Positions 1-15,200 of a DNA stretch of 64,000 nucleotides are shown here, piece by piece. This stretch comes from Mizuhopecten yessoensis. Its lineage: Eukaryota. The notes beneath the pieces were generated by a model. It saw nothing but the letters and a program-made list of their open reading frames with translations, did not search any database and was not told where the DNA came from. Every line of letters starts with the position of its first letter. The stretch's first letter is position 1. Both the position numbers and the translations under genes were made by a program. The stretch lies in contig NW_018404542.1 of the NCBI RefSeq assembly GCF_002113885.1, forward strand, positions 300,485-364,484, given 5' to 3'.

Positions 1-147
1 TTGACAGCCTCAGTGTAATATTAGAAGTGTAATGTGATGCCTCATCACTAGTTGACAGCCTCAGTGTAATGCTAGAAGTGTAATGTGATGCCTCATCACT
101 AGTTGACATTCTCAGTGTAATATTAGAAGTGTACTGTGATGGCTCAC
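1..147. repeat. 51-bp tandem repeat abutting an RPTP donor site
   Basis: Units begin at 1, 52 and 103 (TTGACAGCCTCAGTGTAAT...); continues beyond the window edge. Confidence 0.85.
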
Positions 148-283
148 CTCTGTTTGAACCATGGACATCCTGTCCTTCCTCATCTTATTTATGAACAAAT
201 GAACGTCGATCCGGTCGTGCTTTTTACCGAACTCCAAGAGAGCGTCTAAGGCAATAAATGTTCCTGTTCTTCCAATGCCAGCA
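148..283 (-). CDS. RPTP PTP-domain exon ([13 protein letters not shown]...RMSMVQTE)
   Basis: Completes the [11 protein letters not shown]-loop and starts the Q-loop, phase 2-0. Confidence 0.96.
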
Positions 284-3200
284 CTGAAATGATGTAAAAG
301 AAAACCCACAGAACTAAATATGTAAACATTGAACAATATATGCGTTTCGGAAATATCAGCTTTAACTATTAGATATATATTCAATGCCACGTTTTGCACG
401 GTGTTGATGTGTTCGAATTTATTTGCCTTAACGTCTGGCAAACAAGAGATTCTCTTAATATGCATGAATGCATAATGAATATATGTTCTACAAAAACAGA
501 AAAAGAAAAATCTAAAACTATACTGAAAATACTTTGAAAGCAATACTTTTGACAACAAGGAGTTTGTTGTGGTGTTTAAGATGGTCACATTTCTACTGTT
601 TTATGTCATTTACTAACAACTAACCTAAACCTGTAATTATGTGTCCAAAATGATAATGTAAATAACCCTCGTGTTAACTCCTCCTCTGTTATCATCCTAC
701 CTGCAGTGAATTACCATCTGTCCTGGTAGAGCAGTTTTGTGAAGCTTCACGCGACGTTGAAATAGAACAAGTTCTAATGAGTTCGGTGTCCCGTGGTCCG
801 GCCAGGCTGTGAAATGAAACTGCTGTATTTCTTTCTTATCCTTAGACTGTCAAAAAAGAACATCTTTATATTCCTTGCATTTATTTTTTTCATCTTTGAA
901 TGTATACATGGTATCGTGTTTCTGTCTTCTTTCTCTACTTTTCAAGAGTGAAATAATGTATCGCTGATTTAGATAACAAGATATAACAAGCGCAGTCTAT
1001 ATAGTGAATTTAAGTCAGAATTGAATATACTGCATGGGGAAATAATTTTAAAAACAAATATTCTTAGTAGACATGTGAACTGATTTTGGTATCGGTAATT
1101 ACATTCCAAACGTCAATAGGCTAATTCCTGAAAAGGTAGTCACTTCTATAGACAGGTGATAAATGCAGGGGGAGTGATTTCTCAGCCAAGTTTTATTTCA
1201 TAATAATTTACTTAGCTACCTTATGATCGGTGACAGTGATGTCTCGGATAACATAGGACGCATAGAATCGTTCTCTGTTCAGCGTTATATTAAATGTTTG
1301 TGTTGTCATGGGTTCTTCTTCGTCAGGCCAGTATTTGTCACATTTTACCTGAAACGAGCACGGTTACTTGCTTGATTTCGAAATGCTGTAAAAGGAATCA
1401 GAAATAGCCATGCAATAGCATTACATTATAGTAAGGTAACATGAAATTGACCACATACCCTTAGCTAACAAATCGACCCAAATCAATGAAACACCATTAA
1501 AATGAAACTATCGTGAAACATATTTTTTTCGCCATTGAAATACGATTTTTAAATAATGGTATTGCCATGGCACAAAAAAGGTCTACACTTGGCTGGGCCA
1601 TTGAAACATCATTGAAACACCACTTATTTGGTTACTTCTCTTTTGGGTCAGCCTTAACTTACCTTTCTTTTTAAATTAACCATCATGGACAAAAGGTCTT
1701 TTGGCAAAAGCAAAATAACATTCAATGTCTGATGATTTCAGATATCACAGATAAAAAAACATCAAAATTGTACCGATTGGGATAGCGTCATGTTCGATAC
1801 TTAGATTATTGTTGGTTTACTAGCCCTCAAAATGTCATTTTTAATGGGCTGTATGTTGTAAAATGGTTACGTGATGGGCTTTATGTTGTACGGGGGTTCC
1901 ACGATTAGCTTTGTGTTGTACGATGGATAAGTGATGGACTGTATTTTTAACGAGCATGAGGGGTACGCGATCGGCTTTGTGTTGTAAGAGGGGTACGCGA
2001 TTGGCTTTGTTTTGTATGAGGGAAACGCGATCGGCTGTGTTGTATGAGGGGTACGCGATTGGCTGTGTGTTGTATGAGGGTTACGCGATTGGTTGTGAGT
2101 TGTATGAGGGGTATGCGATTGGCTGTGTGTTGTATAGGGGTACGCGATTGACTGTGTGTTGTATGAGGGTACGCGATTGACTGTGTGTTGTATGAGGGGT
2201 ACGCGATTGGCTGTGAGTTGTATGAGGGTACGCGATTGGCTGTGTGTTGTATGAGGGTACGCGATTGATTGTGTTCTGTATGAGGGTACGCGATTGACTG
2301 TGTGTTGTATGGGGGTACGCGATTGACTGTGTGTTGTATGAGGGTACGCGATTGACTGTGTGTTGTATGAGGGGTACGCGATTGGCTGTGAGTTGTATGA
2401 GGGTACGCGATTGGCTGTGTGTTGTATGAGGGTACGCGATTGACTGTGTTCTGTATGAGGGTACGCGATTAACTGTGTGTTGTATGGGGGTACGCGATTG
2501 ACTGTGTGTTGTATGAGGGGTACTCGATTGGCTGTGTGTTGTATGAGGGTTACGCGATCGGCTGTGTGTTGTATGAAGGGTGTGCGACTGGCTGTGTGTT
2601 GTATGAGGGTAACGCGATTGGTTGTGAGTTGTATGAGGGGTATGCGATTGGCTGTGTGTTGTATGAGGGGTACGCGATTGGCTGTGTGTTGTATGAGGGG
2701 TACGCGATTGGCTGTGTGTTGTATGAGGGGTACGCGATTGACTGTGAGTTGTATGATTGGTACGCGATTGGCTGTGTGTTGTATGAGGGGTACGCGATCG
2801 GCTGTGAGTTGTATGAAGGGTATGCGATGGGCTGTATGTTGTACGAGGGTTCCGCGATTTCTTTTATTAAAAATGTAAATTGCATGTACGGCCAACATAT
2901 TTTTATCATCCGTTAGCTACGCTTAGGTAATAAAATGAATCGTATTTATAAGTAGTACGCTAGGTAATAGTCGTTAGATGAAATTTTCACTTACAACCGA
3001 CTCATGGTAAGTGCAAACATTTAATTTAACAATTTTTGGTCATTTTCATATATTCCTGATGTTATTTGTACAAACATTCAGAGCGTCATTAGTACCTAAA
3101 AATAACGATAACGGACGCTTATATGTAATGAAGTATTGGCAAACGTCAGCGAGAAACCCACATTGTAAGATTTAAGTAAGCACACGTTGACTCAAACCTT

Positions 3201-6200
3201 ATCAAAATGATATAAAAGATTACATTTTGTCATCTGTTTACCTTTCTATTTTCTACCAAATTTGTAAGCATCACTATCTTTCCCGAGTTCAGTTTCCAGA
3301 TCATTCTCCAAAAGTCATCGTTCGTAGTTGGTAGAGGTCCTTTTATGAAATGAGAAATACATTGTAATGAAGGAGAAATATCATTTTGAACAGATTTTAT
3401 ATGATACTATCAAGGGGCTGATATAAACACTTTACTACAAGACGGACTTGAATAAACTATCAAGTGGCTGATATAAACATTTCACTACAAGAATCAATGA
3501 ACAGAAACATTGTGGGGCTGATATAAACATCAGGCATAGACATAAATATGATTACTTTACTACAAGACGGACTGGAATAAACTATCAAGGGGCTGATATA
3601 AACTCTTTACTACAAGACGGACTGGACTAAACTATCAAGGGGCTGATATAAACATCAGGCATAGACATAAATGTGATCACTTTACTACAAGACGGACTGG
3701 AATAAACTACCAAGGGGCTGATATAAACATCAGGCATAAACATAAATGTGATTAAACTATCAAGGGGCTGATATAAACATCAGGCATACACATAAACGTG
3801 ATTACTTTACTACAAGACGGACTGCAATAAACTATCAAGGGGCTGATATAAACATCAGGAATACACATAACGTTAAAGTGATTACTTTACTACAAGCAGG
3901 ACTGGAATAAACTATCAAGGGGCTGATATAAACACTTTACTTCAAGACGGACTGGAATAAACTAACAGGGGGCTGACATAAACAATAGGCATATACATAA
4001 CTTTAAAGTGATTACTTTACTACAAGACGGACTAGAATAAACTAACAGTTGGCTGACATAAACACTAGGCATATACATAACTTTAAAGTGATTACTTTAC
4101 TACAAGACGGACTGGAATAACCTATCAAGGGGCTGATATAAACATCAGCCATACACATAAACGAGATTACTTTACTACAAGACGGACTGGAATAAACTAT
4201 CAAGTGGCTGATATAAACATCAGGCATAGACATAAATATGATCACTTTACTACAAGACGGATTGGAATAAACTATCAAGGGGCTGATATAACCATCAGGC
4301 ATAAACATAAATGTGATCACTTTACTACAAGACGGACTGAAATAAACTATCAAGGGGCTGATATAAACACTTTACTTCAAGACGGACTGGAATAAACGAA
4401 CAGGGGGCGGACATAAACAATAGGCATATACATAACTTTAAAGTGATTACTTTACTACAAGACGGAGTAGAATAAACTAACAGTTGGCTGACATAAACAC
4501 TAGGCATATACATAACTTTAAAGTGATTACTTTACTACAAGCCGGACTGGAATAAACTATCAAGGGGCTGATATAAACATCAGGCATAAGCATAAATGTG
4601 ATTACTTTACTACAAGACGGACTGGAATAAACTATCAAGGGGCTGATATAAACACCAGGCATAGACATAAACGTGATTACTTTACTACAAGACGGACTGA
4701 AATAAACTATCAAGGGGCTGATAGAAACACTTTACTACAAGACGGACTGGAATAAACTATCAAGGGGCTGATATAAACATCAGGCATAAACATACCGTTA
4801 AAGTGATTACTTTACTACAAGAAGGACTAGACTAAGTTAAGCTCATGAATAGGAATATTAGCTGGAGAAAATAAAAGAGAATTGTTTTTGAAAGTATTTT
4901 ACCTTGGGCTGCAACATACACCTTTCTATCTTCAACATTCTGGAACAGAACATTATCTAGCTGAATTAAATTTCGCGTTCGTCATCTTACCAGTTAATGT
5001 GGTTGGCCGTACATTGCTATTCTTGGGCTGTTATCAGGGCGTGGAGAGTATGGGGGCTTTGATATTAACATTATCATATGGTTGCATTTGTTATCAGACA
5101 TTTCGAAAAAGACCGAACTTGGCCTTGGTTTATAAAAGTGACATTGACATGGTAGTGTATAATAAATAGTGAGTTATATGACAATTTTTATATCCTACAT
5201 CATATCAGCCTGAGATTCCAATATCAGCCCGTGAGCTATTTTCAATATGCTATTATAACATACATAAGTGATATATGATTTCTTCATTTCACTCTTGGTA
5301 TGTACGTATACATGACGTCTTATTACAACTTCACACAAATGTATTTTCAAACCTGTATCACACATTCTAAAATACAATAATACGAGCATTACAGATATGT
5401 GTTTCTAAAGCAATACAATTTTAATTACAATATCTTTGATATATAAGACATTTTTGCTGAAAACACAGAGTATCTACTGACTGAAAATGTAAACATTGGT
5501 ACGATGTTTGTTTGTTTTGGTAGTACTCACATCAATGTAATTAGCGTTGATGTAGTCCGAACCAATTGCGCCAGGGAGGGGGTCAAGGACTACCCTTGAA
5601 TGATCATCTAGTTATGAAAACCAACATCATTTCAAGACTATTGCATATATGTGCATTCATAACTCTAGGTTTTCCTTAAAGAAACCTCAACACAAAGTTA
5701 CTTGACTAGTCAACTAAAGATGAAGCTTTGTAAGGTCAAAATGAAAAGCCTATGAATAAGAAATGTTATTTCTATTTCAAATCATTTATAAAAGGAAACA
5801 TGTCATTAACTATCTAAAATAAAGTCGGATGTTCAAGATTTTGATATAAGAAATTGTATATAAATGCATTAATTCCATCTATTTGGGTCTTACATGGATA
5901 TATAGTTTTGTATCTGTTCTTTGACTTATTCTTTTCTCCAATCGTGTGAGGGTGACATGCTCCATTTTGCAAGGTCTGTAAAAGATACAAATAAACAATT
6001 AATTGTATTTTGAAGATTTTTTTTTATATTTGTATTAAAAATAACAATATATATACAATATAATTAAATATAAATACTTTTCTGGTCATGCATTTGGTGT
6101 AAATATGATTTTTTCTCTCTCAAATATTTCTAAATTTAACAATGCTTTGTATTTCGGCATTGCGAAGCAATGTTCAGACGTCCGACTGAGTTGTTCTGCA

Positions 6201-9200
6201 ACCATTAAAATCCAAAAAATAATTGTCATCATTGGAACTTAATCTATACAAATATATACTGCGGAAATCAGAGGGTGATACCTAAAGGATCAAGTAATAC
6301 GCCATATGCTATTTTACATCATGCAAAACAATACTCACAAATGTAAGAAATACAGAAGATAAACTGTACGTAAGGACGCAAACTCAGCATGCAGACCAGA
6401 AAAACGTACGGACTTTCTATAATGTAATTTTCTTTTCTGTAGAAACGAATATATCGCATCAGACATATGATGTACTCTCTGAATGTTATCTTACGAATTT
6501 ACTCAATCATTCATCAATGTCTCTTTTATCCTACCTATATCTAAATAAACCATTTCTCTCTAATTGGTTTTAAAATTTCTTATTTTGTTGGATGTTTAAT
6601 GTTTATGTTTTAGAACTAAGTAAACTACAGTATTGCAATAATCTTACAAGAAATATACTTATTCAATTAATTTGAAATTACATGATATGTTTATTTTGTC
6701 TTAAAGATAGCATACGGTCCTTTTATGTACTTTCAAACAATGCTTATGTAAAACAAAATCTATGACTGCTTTAAAGACAAGTGGCTAAAACAGTGATGTA
6801 GAAGGGTAAATAAATAATTAATACAGAATATTACTTTAAATTCTGAAATCAACTCCTTTTCTTCGTCTTCCATGTTATTGGCAGTCATTTTTTTCAGCAT
6901 AGCGACTGAAAAACCATTCTGTCTCTCGTTGTTTATTTTGTCTGTCCCTGGTGTACTTTCATTTTGAAGGTTGATAAGGGTATGTCCGTTCATTTCGCCT
7001 AAAATAGAATCCAGAACAATATGTTGTGAATTTGCAACGTATAAATGGTCAGTTTGCCACCACTTTCATTTTACAAAGTTATTTAGAGTTACTTTCCTGT
7101 TTAATTCTTGTTGTTTTATCAATATTTATACAAATGCATTAGATAGTAAGCCTTTTAAGAAGTCAAAACATTTTGAAATTATTCCACATATTTATGTTGC
7201 AGAAAAGTACTAGCAGTACAAATAACTTTACGGGTAGTGCAGCGGATAAGTTCCCTGCTTTATGATCAAGAGATCCGGAGCTAATCATCTCGTGGTTGAA
7301 ATTATTTATGGGACAGATGGGCATCATAATGATATATATCTTTTGTAAGTCGTTTTCCTATCTTGCATTTGTAGCATGTATGTGAAACCCATATGATGAA
7401 TAACATCAAGTAATAAATGATTTCTTGTTAATCTAAAATTCTGCTTATATTGATAGGATCAGTGTTCCCACACAATTGAAATAATACAAGTAAAACATTT
7501 ATTTATCGATACATTTTTTTATCGTTTCCATGAAGTGCATGTTTGCCTCACGTGACAAATTATAAAACTTCACACTTGTATCAATCCAAGCGTATAACGC
7601 AAACATGATAAGGCGTTGCGATTCTTGCCGTTACAGTAAACAAGAACACAGCTTAAACGTTCTTTTCTTATCTGAATTGTCAATGTATGTACCGTACTTA
7701 ATCACAAGTCATACAGATACACAAAAAAACATTATATAGCAAAATGGTCTCGATGAAAAATCTTATCAAGAATTCTGGGGGCAAACATGTTGAACTTTCG
7801 AAGATGTTTGATAAAACTTTAAAAGAATAATTAAACTACTAGGAAAAAATACGATTGGGAACGCTACGATATTACTTATATAGAGGATCTGTCATAAGTG
7901 TCCATATTAAATTTATATAATTCGTTCAATCATTAAATATGATACCAGCCTTTCTTTAGTCGAGTGTCATATCAAATTATTGAACGAGTTTAATAAATAC
8001 AACATGACCTTGAAACAAATGTAAGATTCTATTTATCAAATAACATTCATAATTTGGAAAAAGAAACTTCAAATACAATGATATGTTCAAAGTATTCCAA
8101 TCATCGTATTGTCGTTTCGTGCAGTGCAAAGAAGTTCCCGATTAAAAAAAAAAATGAACAGTTTTTAATGCAATAAAAATAATAACAAACTTAACATTTC
8201 AAATTCATTAAAAATAACAGTAAATTTATTATGTGGTATAGTGAATAAAAATAATACCTTTAGTGGCGTCAAAATATGTTCCCAGGATTTTGACCAATCG
8301 CAGCACGTTAAGGTTGTATTACACAGGTGTATTACCATATTTATTAGATGGCGGTATGATATGGTAAAATGGGTCAGTAAAACAATTTATTTATTTGGGC
8401 TTCAACACAAATGAAATATTTTTTGGGGATGCTTTTTTAAGAAAGGAAGCAACGTGATTCTTGGTTTCTCTTCTGGATAGCATTGATACTATTTAAAACA
8501 AAAGTTGCAAACTTAAGAAATAGTCGACAGCCCTTTTGTTTTTGTAGACAGGGTCGCTATTGAGGTGTCGAAACCCTTTGGTAATTTAGCGATTAGAGAA
8601 TGATAATCTGCAATGTATTCAATGGCCAATACAGACATCAAGTGTTATTTAAATTATTGAAGCCAGAAAAGTATATCTCGAAAGGATAAACGGTGATTAT
8701 ACTTCATTTGAAAGCGACTTCATGACGTTGGCAGATTGATTACCGTTTTCCCGTTCTTATACCTTAAAAGAATTACTATTAAAATACACACACAAAAATG
8801 ATACTGTGATTTTGTATAAGGTTTTGCTACGCTTTCAGTTCCATGTTAACTGAATGTTCATGTAAGCTGTAGCTGGATCATACACTAGTATACAGAACAC
8901 TTCCACTTCAAAATGGCCAAAAACATTTATACATGCACATGCATTCATTTGTAAGGCAAATACGGAGAGGGTTTAAATATAACATCTCAGTTTATTAAAA
9001 CGAACGCATAAAAAGCATGAACATTTGAGATGTGTTACGTTAAAATGTGGGTTCAAGTTGAAAAGTACGCTTTTTTTCATACAAATTCTTCGGTTATTTC
9101 ATATTTTGTACAAATGATATCACTGGTGATACCTGTTTCTTGAAATTTCTTTGAAATTATAAAACAGCAAATGGGTTTTGTACTTTTGCAATAGTTGTAT

Positions 9201-12200
9201 ACAGCGAATAATAACAGAAACCCATCCTTACATTATTGAAAAATTTCATACCTGAACGGTTGTTTTCCCGATTTGAAGAATGTTGTATTTCATATTTTAT
9301 GAATGGCACCGATGTATCCTCTCTAGATGAGGCCAATCTTCTGATGATGAAATATTAAAAGTAGTCACAATTAACGCAATTTTCATAGGATTTCAAAGCA
9401 CTGTCAAGGCTTCTTTAGCGCTTTGGTATTTTCTTGAACATGTTTTACCTGGGATCCGTGGAATTTAAACAACAAAAATTGAAGAAGCACGTGTTGTAGA
9501 AGCATTACAAGAAAAATTCATGAAAATAATATTTTATATTCTGTACTATATATATATATATGTATCTGAATACAAAATGTTTTATGCGTTATACGTGTTT
9601 CATAATAAAATATATTATCGTGGTGTATTAGGTAAAATCCTATTGTCTCTGGCCTATGGTATCGAAACATATCTGTATTTTTCGGGTCTTGTTGTATATG
9701 TAATATGACTTTAAAATCGTAACATAAGGAACTAGTGACGCAGTAATTGTCTTGAAATAATTGGTGTAAACCATACATTCTGTAAACAAGAACAATTGAC
9801 TGACGTCTGCTTTACCTTCTGACAATATACACTATAAAAACGACGAGGACAATACCACCAATACCACCACCAACTGCTCCAGCGTATACAGCCACATTAC
9901 TGCCTTCACCTTCGAATTGCTTAACCTCTTTCCCTGACAAATAAAAGAATGGTTCAGTAAGNNNNNNNNNNNNNNNNNNNNNNNNNNNNNNNNNNNNNNN
10001 NNNNNNNNNNNNNNNNNNNNNNNNNNNNNNNNNNNNNNNNNNNNNNNNNNNNNNNNNNNNNNNNNNNNNNNNNNNNNNNNNNNNNNNNNNNNNNNNNNNN
10101 NNNNNNNNNNNNNNNNNNNNNNNNNNNNNNNNNNNNNNNNNNNNNNNNNNNNNNNNNNNNNNNNNNNNNNNNNNNNNNNNNNNNNNNNNNNNNNNNNNNN
10201 NNNNNNNNNNNNNNNNNNNNNNNNNNNNNNNNNNNNNNNNNNNNNNNNNNNNNNNNNNNNNNNNNNNNNNNNNNNNNNNNNNNNNNNNNNNNNNNNNNNT
10301 GAGATAGGAGAATCTCAACCCGAGGGGGAGGATTCTTAAGTTGCCAAACACGAGGCTTTGCCGAGTGTTTGGCAACTAAAGAATCTTTCCCCGAGGGTTG
10401 AGATTCCACTATCTCACCCACAAGGGGGTGAATGATTCTTTTTCTCTTACCCTGTTCTTTCATTGTGTATCATATGCACAATGTAATGATAACGTTACAT
10501 TCTAAATTCAGGGTTGACGTGACGTTGATGGATTGTTGACGTGACGTCATTGTATTGTTAAAGTGACGTCATGCCATTGTTAGGAATAGGGGAATCACCC
10601 CGTCTCAACCTTAGGGTGAGACAAGGAAGTCTCACACCGGTAAAAATGCGGATACACCTGTCCAAGGTAAGAGAAAATGACATAATGCATCGTCTAGAAT
10701 TTGTTAACCATTCTGCCTATATTATATCAGTAATTGAACTTTTGTAGTCAATTTCAATTTGTGCTACGGTCTTTTTTAATAAAATTGAAAAAATACTTGT
10801 ACAACGTCCAGATAAATCACAATTTCTTGTCGAACAATTTTCCGGACAGGGGACGCAAGTAGAACCAAAGTGACCAGATTTACAACCTGAAATAAGTTTA
10901 ATTGAATATATCAACACTTTAGTCTCAACATACTTCCAAAATTCACAGTTCTCTTTCTGTCATCAGACTATACAAGCTCCCCAATCTATACATTCTATAC
11001 AAATCTATACATTCTATACATACAAATCTATGCATTCGATTCTAATTCTTATTTTATTTTTATATATATATACTAACATTGACTTTATTGAGTTTATTTA
11101 GTTTAAACAATATTTATTCAATATTCAAACATGTTAATTACATACATGTACTTACACATGGATTGGAAAACAAGCTTAGAGCTTATATTAATTCCACCAC
11201 CAACTATATATTACAGGCAAATAATTCTGCGAAACTGTTGACACCTTAACTACCATAGTAATTTGAATAAGATAAAATTAACTTATAACATATTTACAGG
11301 TGTTACATTTAATGTATATACTCATTAGATTGAAAATCAGTGATCAGTGCTTTACGTTATGTTATGGAGGTGCACGCACACTTGCACTCACACACCCATG
11401 GATGACGTTATTTCATTTCTATCTCTTTCTTTTCCTCTTGGTACAATACTACTTTTGTTCAAAATAAAAGCTTCATAGATCTATCTCCAAATGAACCATT
11501 TAAAATGGTGGACAGAGATCGTTAGATACCACAACTCGCGACATTTTGTTCAGATAGCGATTTGTTTAGCTGCCTGTGCAATGTTGCTTCACAGAATTAT
11601 GATATGATATGAATGAATTGTTCAACAAATTACACAGTATTGGTGTTTTGCATCATGATCCTCGCGTGTAAATAGTGCAATACGTTATCGCGCTATGTTG
11701 AATGGGTACTTAACTAGAAATAGTAGATGTTATTTTTAATTCACACCTTCAACCATATTTAACATTAACTTATAAGCAGCCAGTTTGCCATTTATTTATA
11801 TAAAGTATCTTGATTATTTTATGATATATCATATCTTATTATCTTCTGATAATATTCTTCTGGTATATATAAAAGATATCATATAAAGGAATGTATATGT
11901 ATTAAAAAGGATAAGGTCTTTTTTTTAAACCAAAACTCGTTTTGAAAGGTAATCCATGTCCCTTATTGCTATACATCATTCATTTATGATAAATCCATGT
12001 AATATCTCTTCGGCTGTTCAGTGGAATATGTCAAAAATGTTGAACTGGTCCAAAACTATTACACAGACAAGCGTAAGAATACATTTTTATTCAAATCTTT
12101 CTTATGACACTGCTTTTAGGGGATGCTACAGCCATCTAAAGCATGCCTTACACGTCAAAAGCGATTGCCTCAAAATAATTAGAGTGACTCGACGTGGACC

Positions 12201-15200
12201 TGTCTATGGCCATGATAACAGGATCATGCATCCTTCCATTGGGTTCCCTAATTATAAAATGCTTACGTGTTCAGAAGCATCTGGAAAGAATACGTACAGA
12301 CATACTGCTATAATATAATCCCCACGAATTCTCAGAAAAGGGACCAGCATTTACAACGGGAAATCCTTAAAATGGAAGATACTCTCCGAAACAATGCCCA
12401 GTTGTCTCCTCACACGTGTTATTTCCACAGTTTTTTGTCGATTTAGTGTAAACTCTCAACAACGCATCGGCTAACTCGACAGATCATAACCTCTCGGATG
12501 AAATTTCTACCCACGATAAAAACTCGTGATATTTTCACATACCACCTTTATATTTTTACCACCACCTTATGAATAGCAAACATGCAACAGGAGCGGAAAG
12601 ATAAAAGTAAAAGCAAACTACGAATTATATATCTTTTCATTGATATTTTACTGAACAGATAAGATATTGCTTTTCAAGTTTTAAAAGGTGTTACTTTTTC
12701 ATGACCGTAGTGTAGTGATATACTACTAGAATAAAGGACAGCAATCAAAGAGAAAAAAGGTATATCACTACGCATAAAAACATTAAAAAAAATCAAAAAG
12801 AAAACGCAATAAGTCCCGCAATCTGTGCCTCTGTCGATCACACATTCCCATTGAAAAAGAAGTGTATTATCAATACCAAACCCATATAAATTGGTAGGAA
12901 GTTTGCATCCGAGTGACATAATTTGCAACTGACACGGCCGATTGATCAGTTAGCTATTGTGTAGCCAAATACCATCACACCGTACTGAGCCGGCATTAAA
13001 GCTGAAAGAAATATTTGCATGTGGGTAGCCCTTCATATTAATCACCTGCAAGGAAAATATGTGACCACTAAAAATGAAGCCACGCTAACAGATTCTGCAT
13101 CGCAACCGGGTACTATAACGTGCAGGGACTGACATGTTGCCTTACGATATTAGAACTGCAAAATAAAAATACGTTCGCAAGGCGCTTAAAATAGCAGGTG
13201 ATTTTTATTATAAACATAGAAGCACTTTTACACGGAAAGACAATACTGATCATGCTAGCATCAATTTAGGTCACCACAAAACAAATTATTTATTTGATAG
13301 CAAATTAACCAGCAAACAAATTTGCATAGTCAATCGGTTTGCTAAACAATGATTTGAAACATTACAACAAATTGTTTGGCTCGTTTACATTATTATAATA
13401 TGTTCCATTTAAACCTCATTCGTTTGGATATTTCGTTGTTCAGAGGTCATCTTCTGGGCAAGAACACAATCTCTAGGACTTTACAGAGAGGAGAGAAATC
13501 GTTATGATGCGACTTATTATCGTTGTGAGGTACATACCAAAACAATCTCCACTGGTTTTCTCACATGTGTTATTCACACAGTCAGTTGGACATCGACTGT
13601 TACACTTCGGGCCGTAAAAGCCTGTTTTGCAGTCTGTAAAAACATATTGGCAAATATTGGCGATACACAGATCTTACATATTTTATTTATAATAACTAAC
13701 AGTAGACCACACCCTGATCATGAATGTAAATATTGATCAATACCAACGTCAATATAAAGCAACCACAGATAAACCAGCCATTTAATGAAAAGCAAATTAA
13801 AAATCAAACAAAATTGAATTGCTTAGACGATGGTATTGCTAAAACCACAATTATATACGTTAAACAAAAGATCAATTTCAATTTCACTGGGATCCTTAAA
13901 GAGAAGTTTAAAGTCAAGAGAGCACCTATCTCTTCACTTTCTTATGAATATGTGTTGTCAATCTAAAATGGGTTCATGTGAAATTATGGCAAATAAACTA
14001 ACGTATTTGAAAAGTTTAAAGAAAAGGAAACTACATGTCCCTAAAATGTCCTGAAAATATCTATTAATATATACACTTTGTTTTAAGAAATATGGCATTT
14101 TCAAATTTACATTTGGAAGCGTTTATCTTTATGGGATCTCTAACACACGAATGACTTATCATCTTATGTACATACCAAAACAATCTCCACTGGTTTTCTC
14201 ACACGTGTTATTTACACAGGTAGTTGGACATCGACTGTTACACTTCGAGCCGTAAAACTTTGTTTTGCAGTCTGTAAAAACATATTGGCAAATATTGGCG
14301 ATACACAAATCTTACATATTTTATTTATAATAACTAACAGTAGACCACACCCTGATCCTGGATGTAAATAATGATCAATACCAACGTCAATATAATGCAA
14401 CCACAGATAAACCAGCCATTTATTGAAAAGCAAATTCAAAATCAAACAAAATTGAATTGTTTAGACGATGGTATTGCTAAACCAAAATAATTTACGTTAA
14501 ACAAAGGTTCCGCCCGTTTCTGTCATTCAAATATGTTCCTTTTAAGGATCCTTGTCCCATTACACTTTGAGTTTTCGTCTGTACAGAGTTCACCCCTTAC
14601 ATTCGTTTTTTTTTTATATAACTGTAGCACAGATGGGCAAGGACATTACCATTGACGATGTAGAGCGACCGCATAACAATCGATATCATGAGTTCGAATC
14701 TCGGTACAGCCCAAATTATTTTTTTGTTTATTTTTGGTCTTAGTAAACTTCTTTTGATTATATTTAGTTTGTTTCATCTTCATTATTTCCCCATCAAAGT
14801 CCCACGAGGTAAGGCTTTCTTCTCAAACATGTTTTATCAAAGCTATAGTCATGCCTAGAAAACAGGTTCTTATGTGTAGGTATAGTTTTTGGCAATGGTA
14901 CGGGGATCCTTAAAGAAAATTTAAAAAAAACCAAGAGATACCTATCTCGTCTCTTTCTTATGTATGTATATGTTTTGTGAATCTAAAATGGGTTCATGTG
15001 AAATTATGGTAAATAACTACCTATTTGAAGAGTTTAAATAAAAGGAAACTACATGTATCTCAAACATCTCCAAAATATCTCTAAGACTTTACAGAGAAGA
15101 GAGAAATCGTTATGATGCGACTTATTATCTTTGTGAGGTACATACCAAAACAATCTCCACTGGTTTTCTCACACGTGTTATTCACACAGGTAGTTGGACA

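Noticed and set aside
112-588. 158-aa ORF as a single-exon phosphatase
   Set aside because: Only 148-283 is exon; the remainder is intronic read-through.
1867-2916. Several overlapping repetitive ORFs
   Set aside because: Translations of the 30-bp minisatellite in an RPTP intron.
9133-9148. Possible 16-nt RPTP microexon (AAAG|...CAG|GTATC on the minus strand)
   Set aside because: It would break the phase-1 join between the 9252 and 6998 exons.
9812-10463. Long ORFs containing X runs (also 17912-18584)
   Set aside because: Artefacts of N gaps; only the TM exon part is real.
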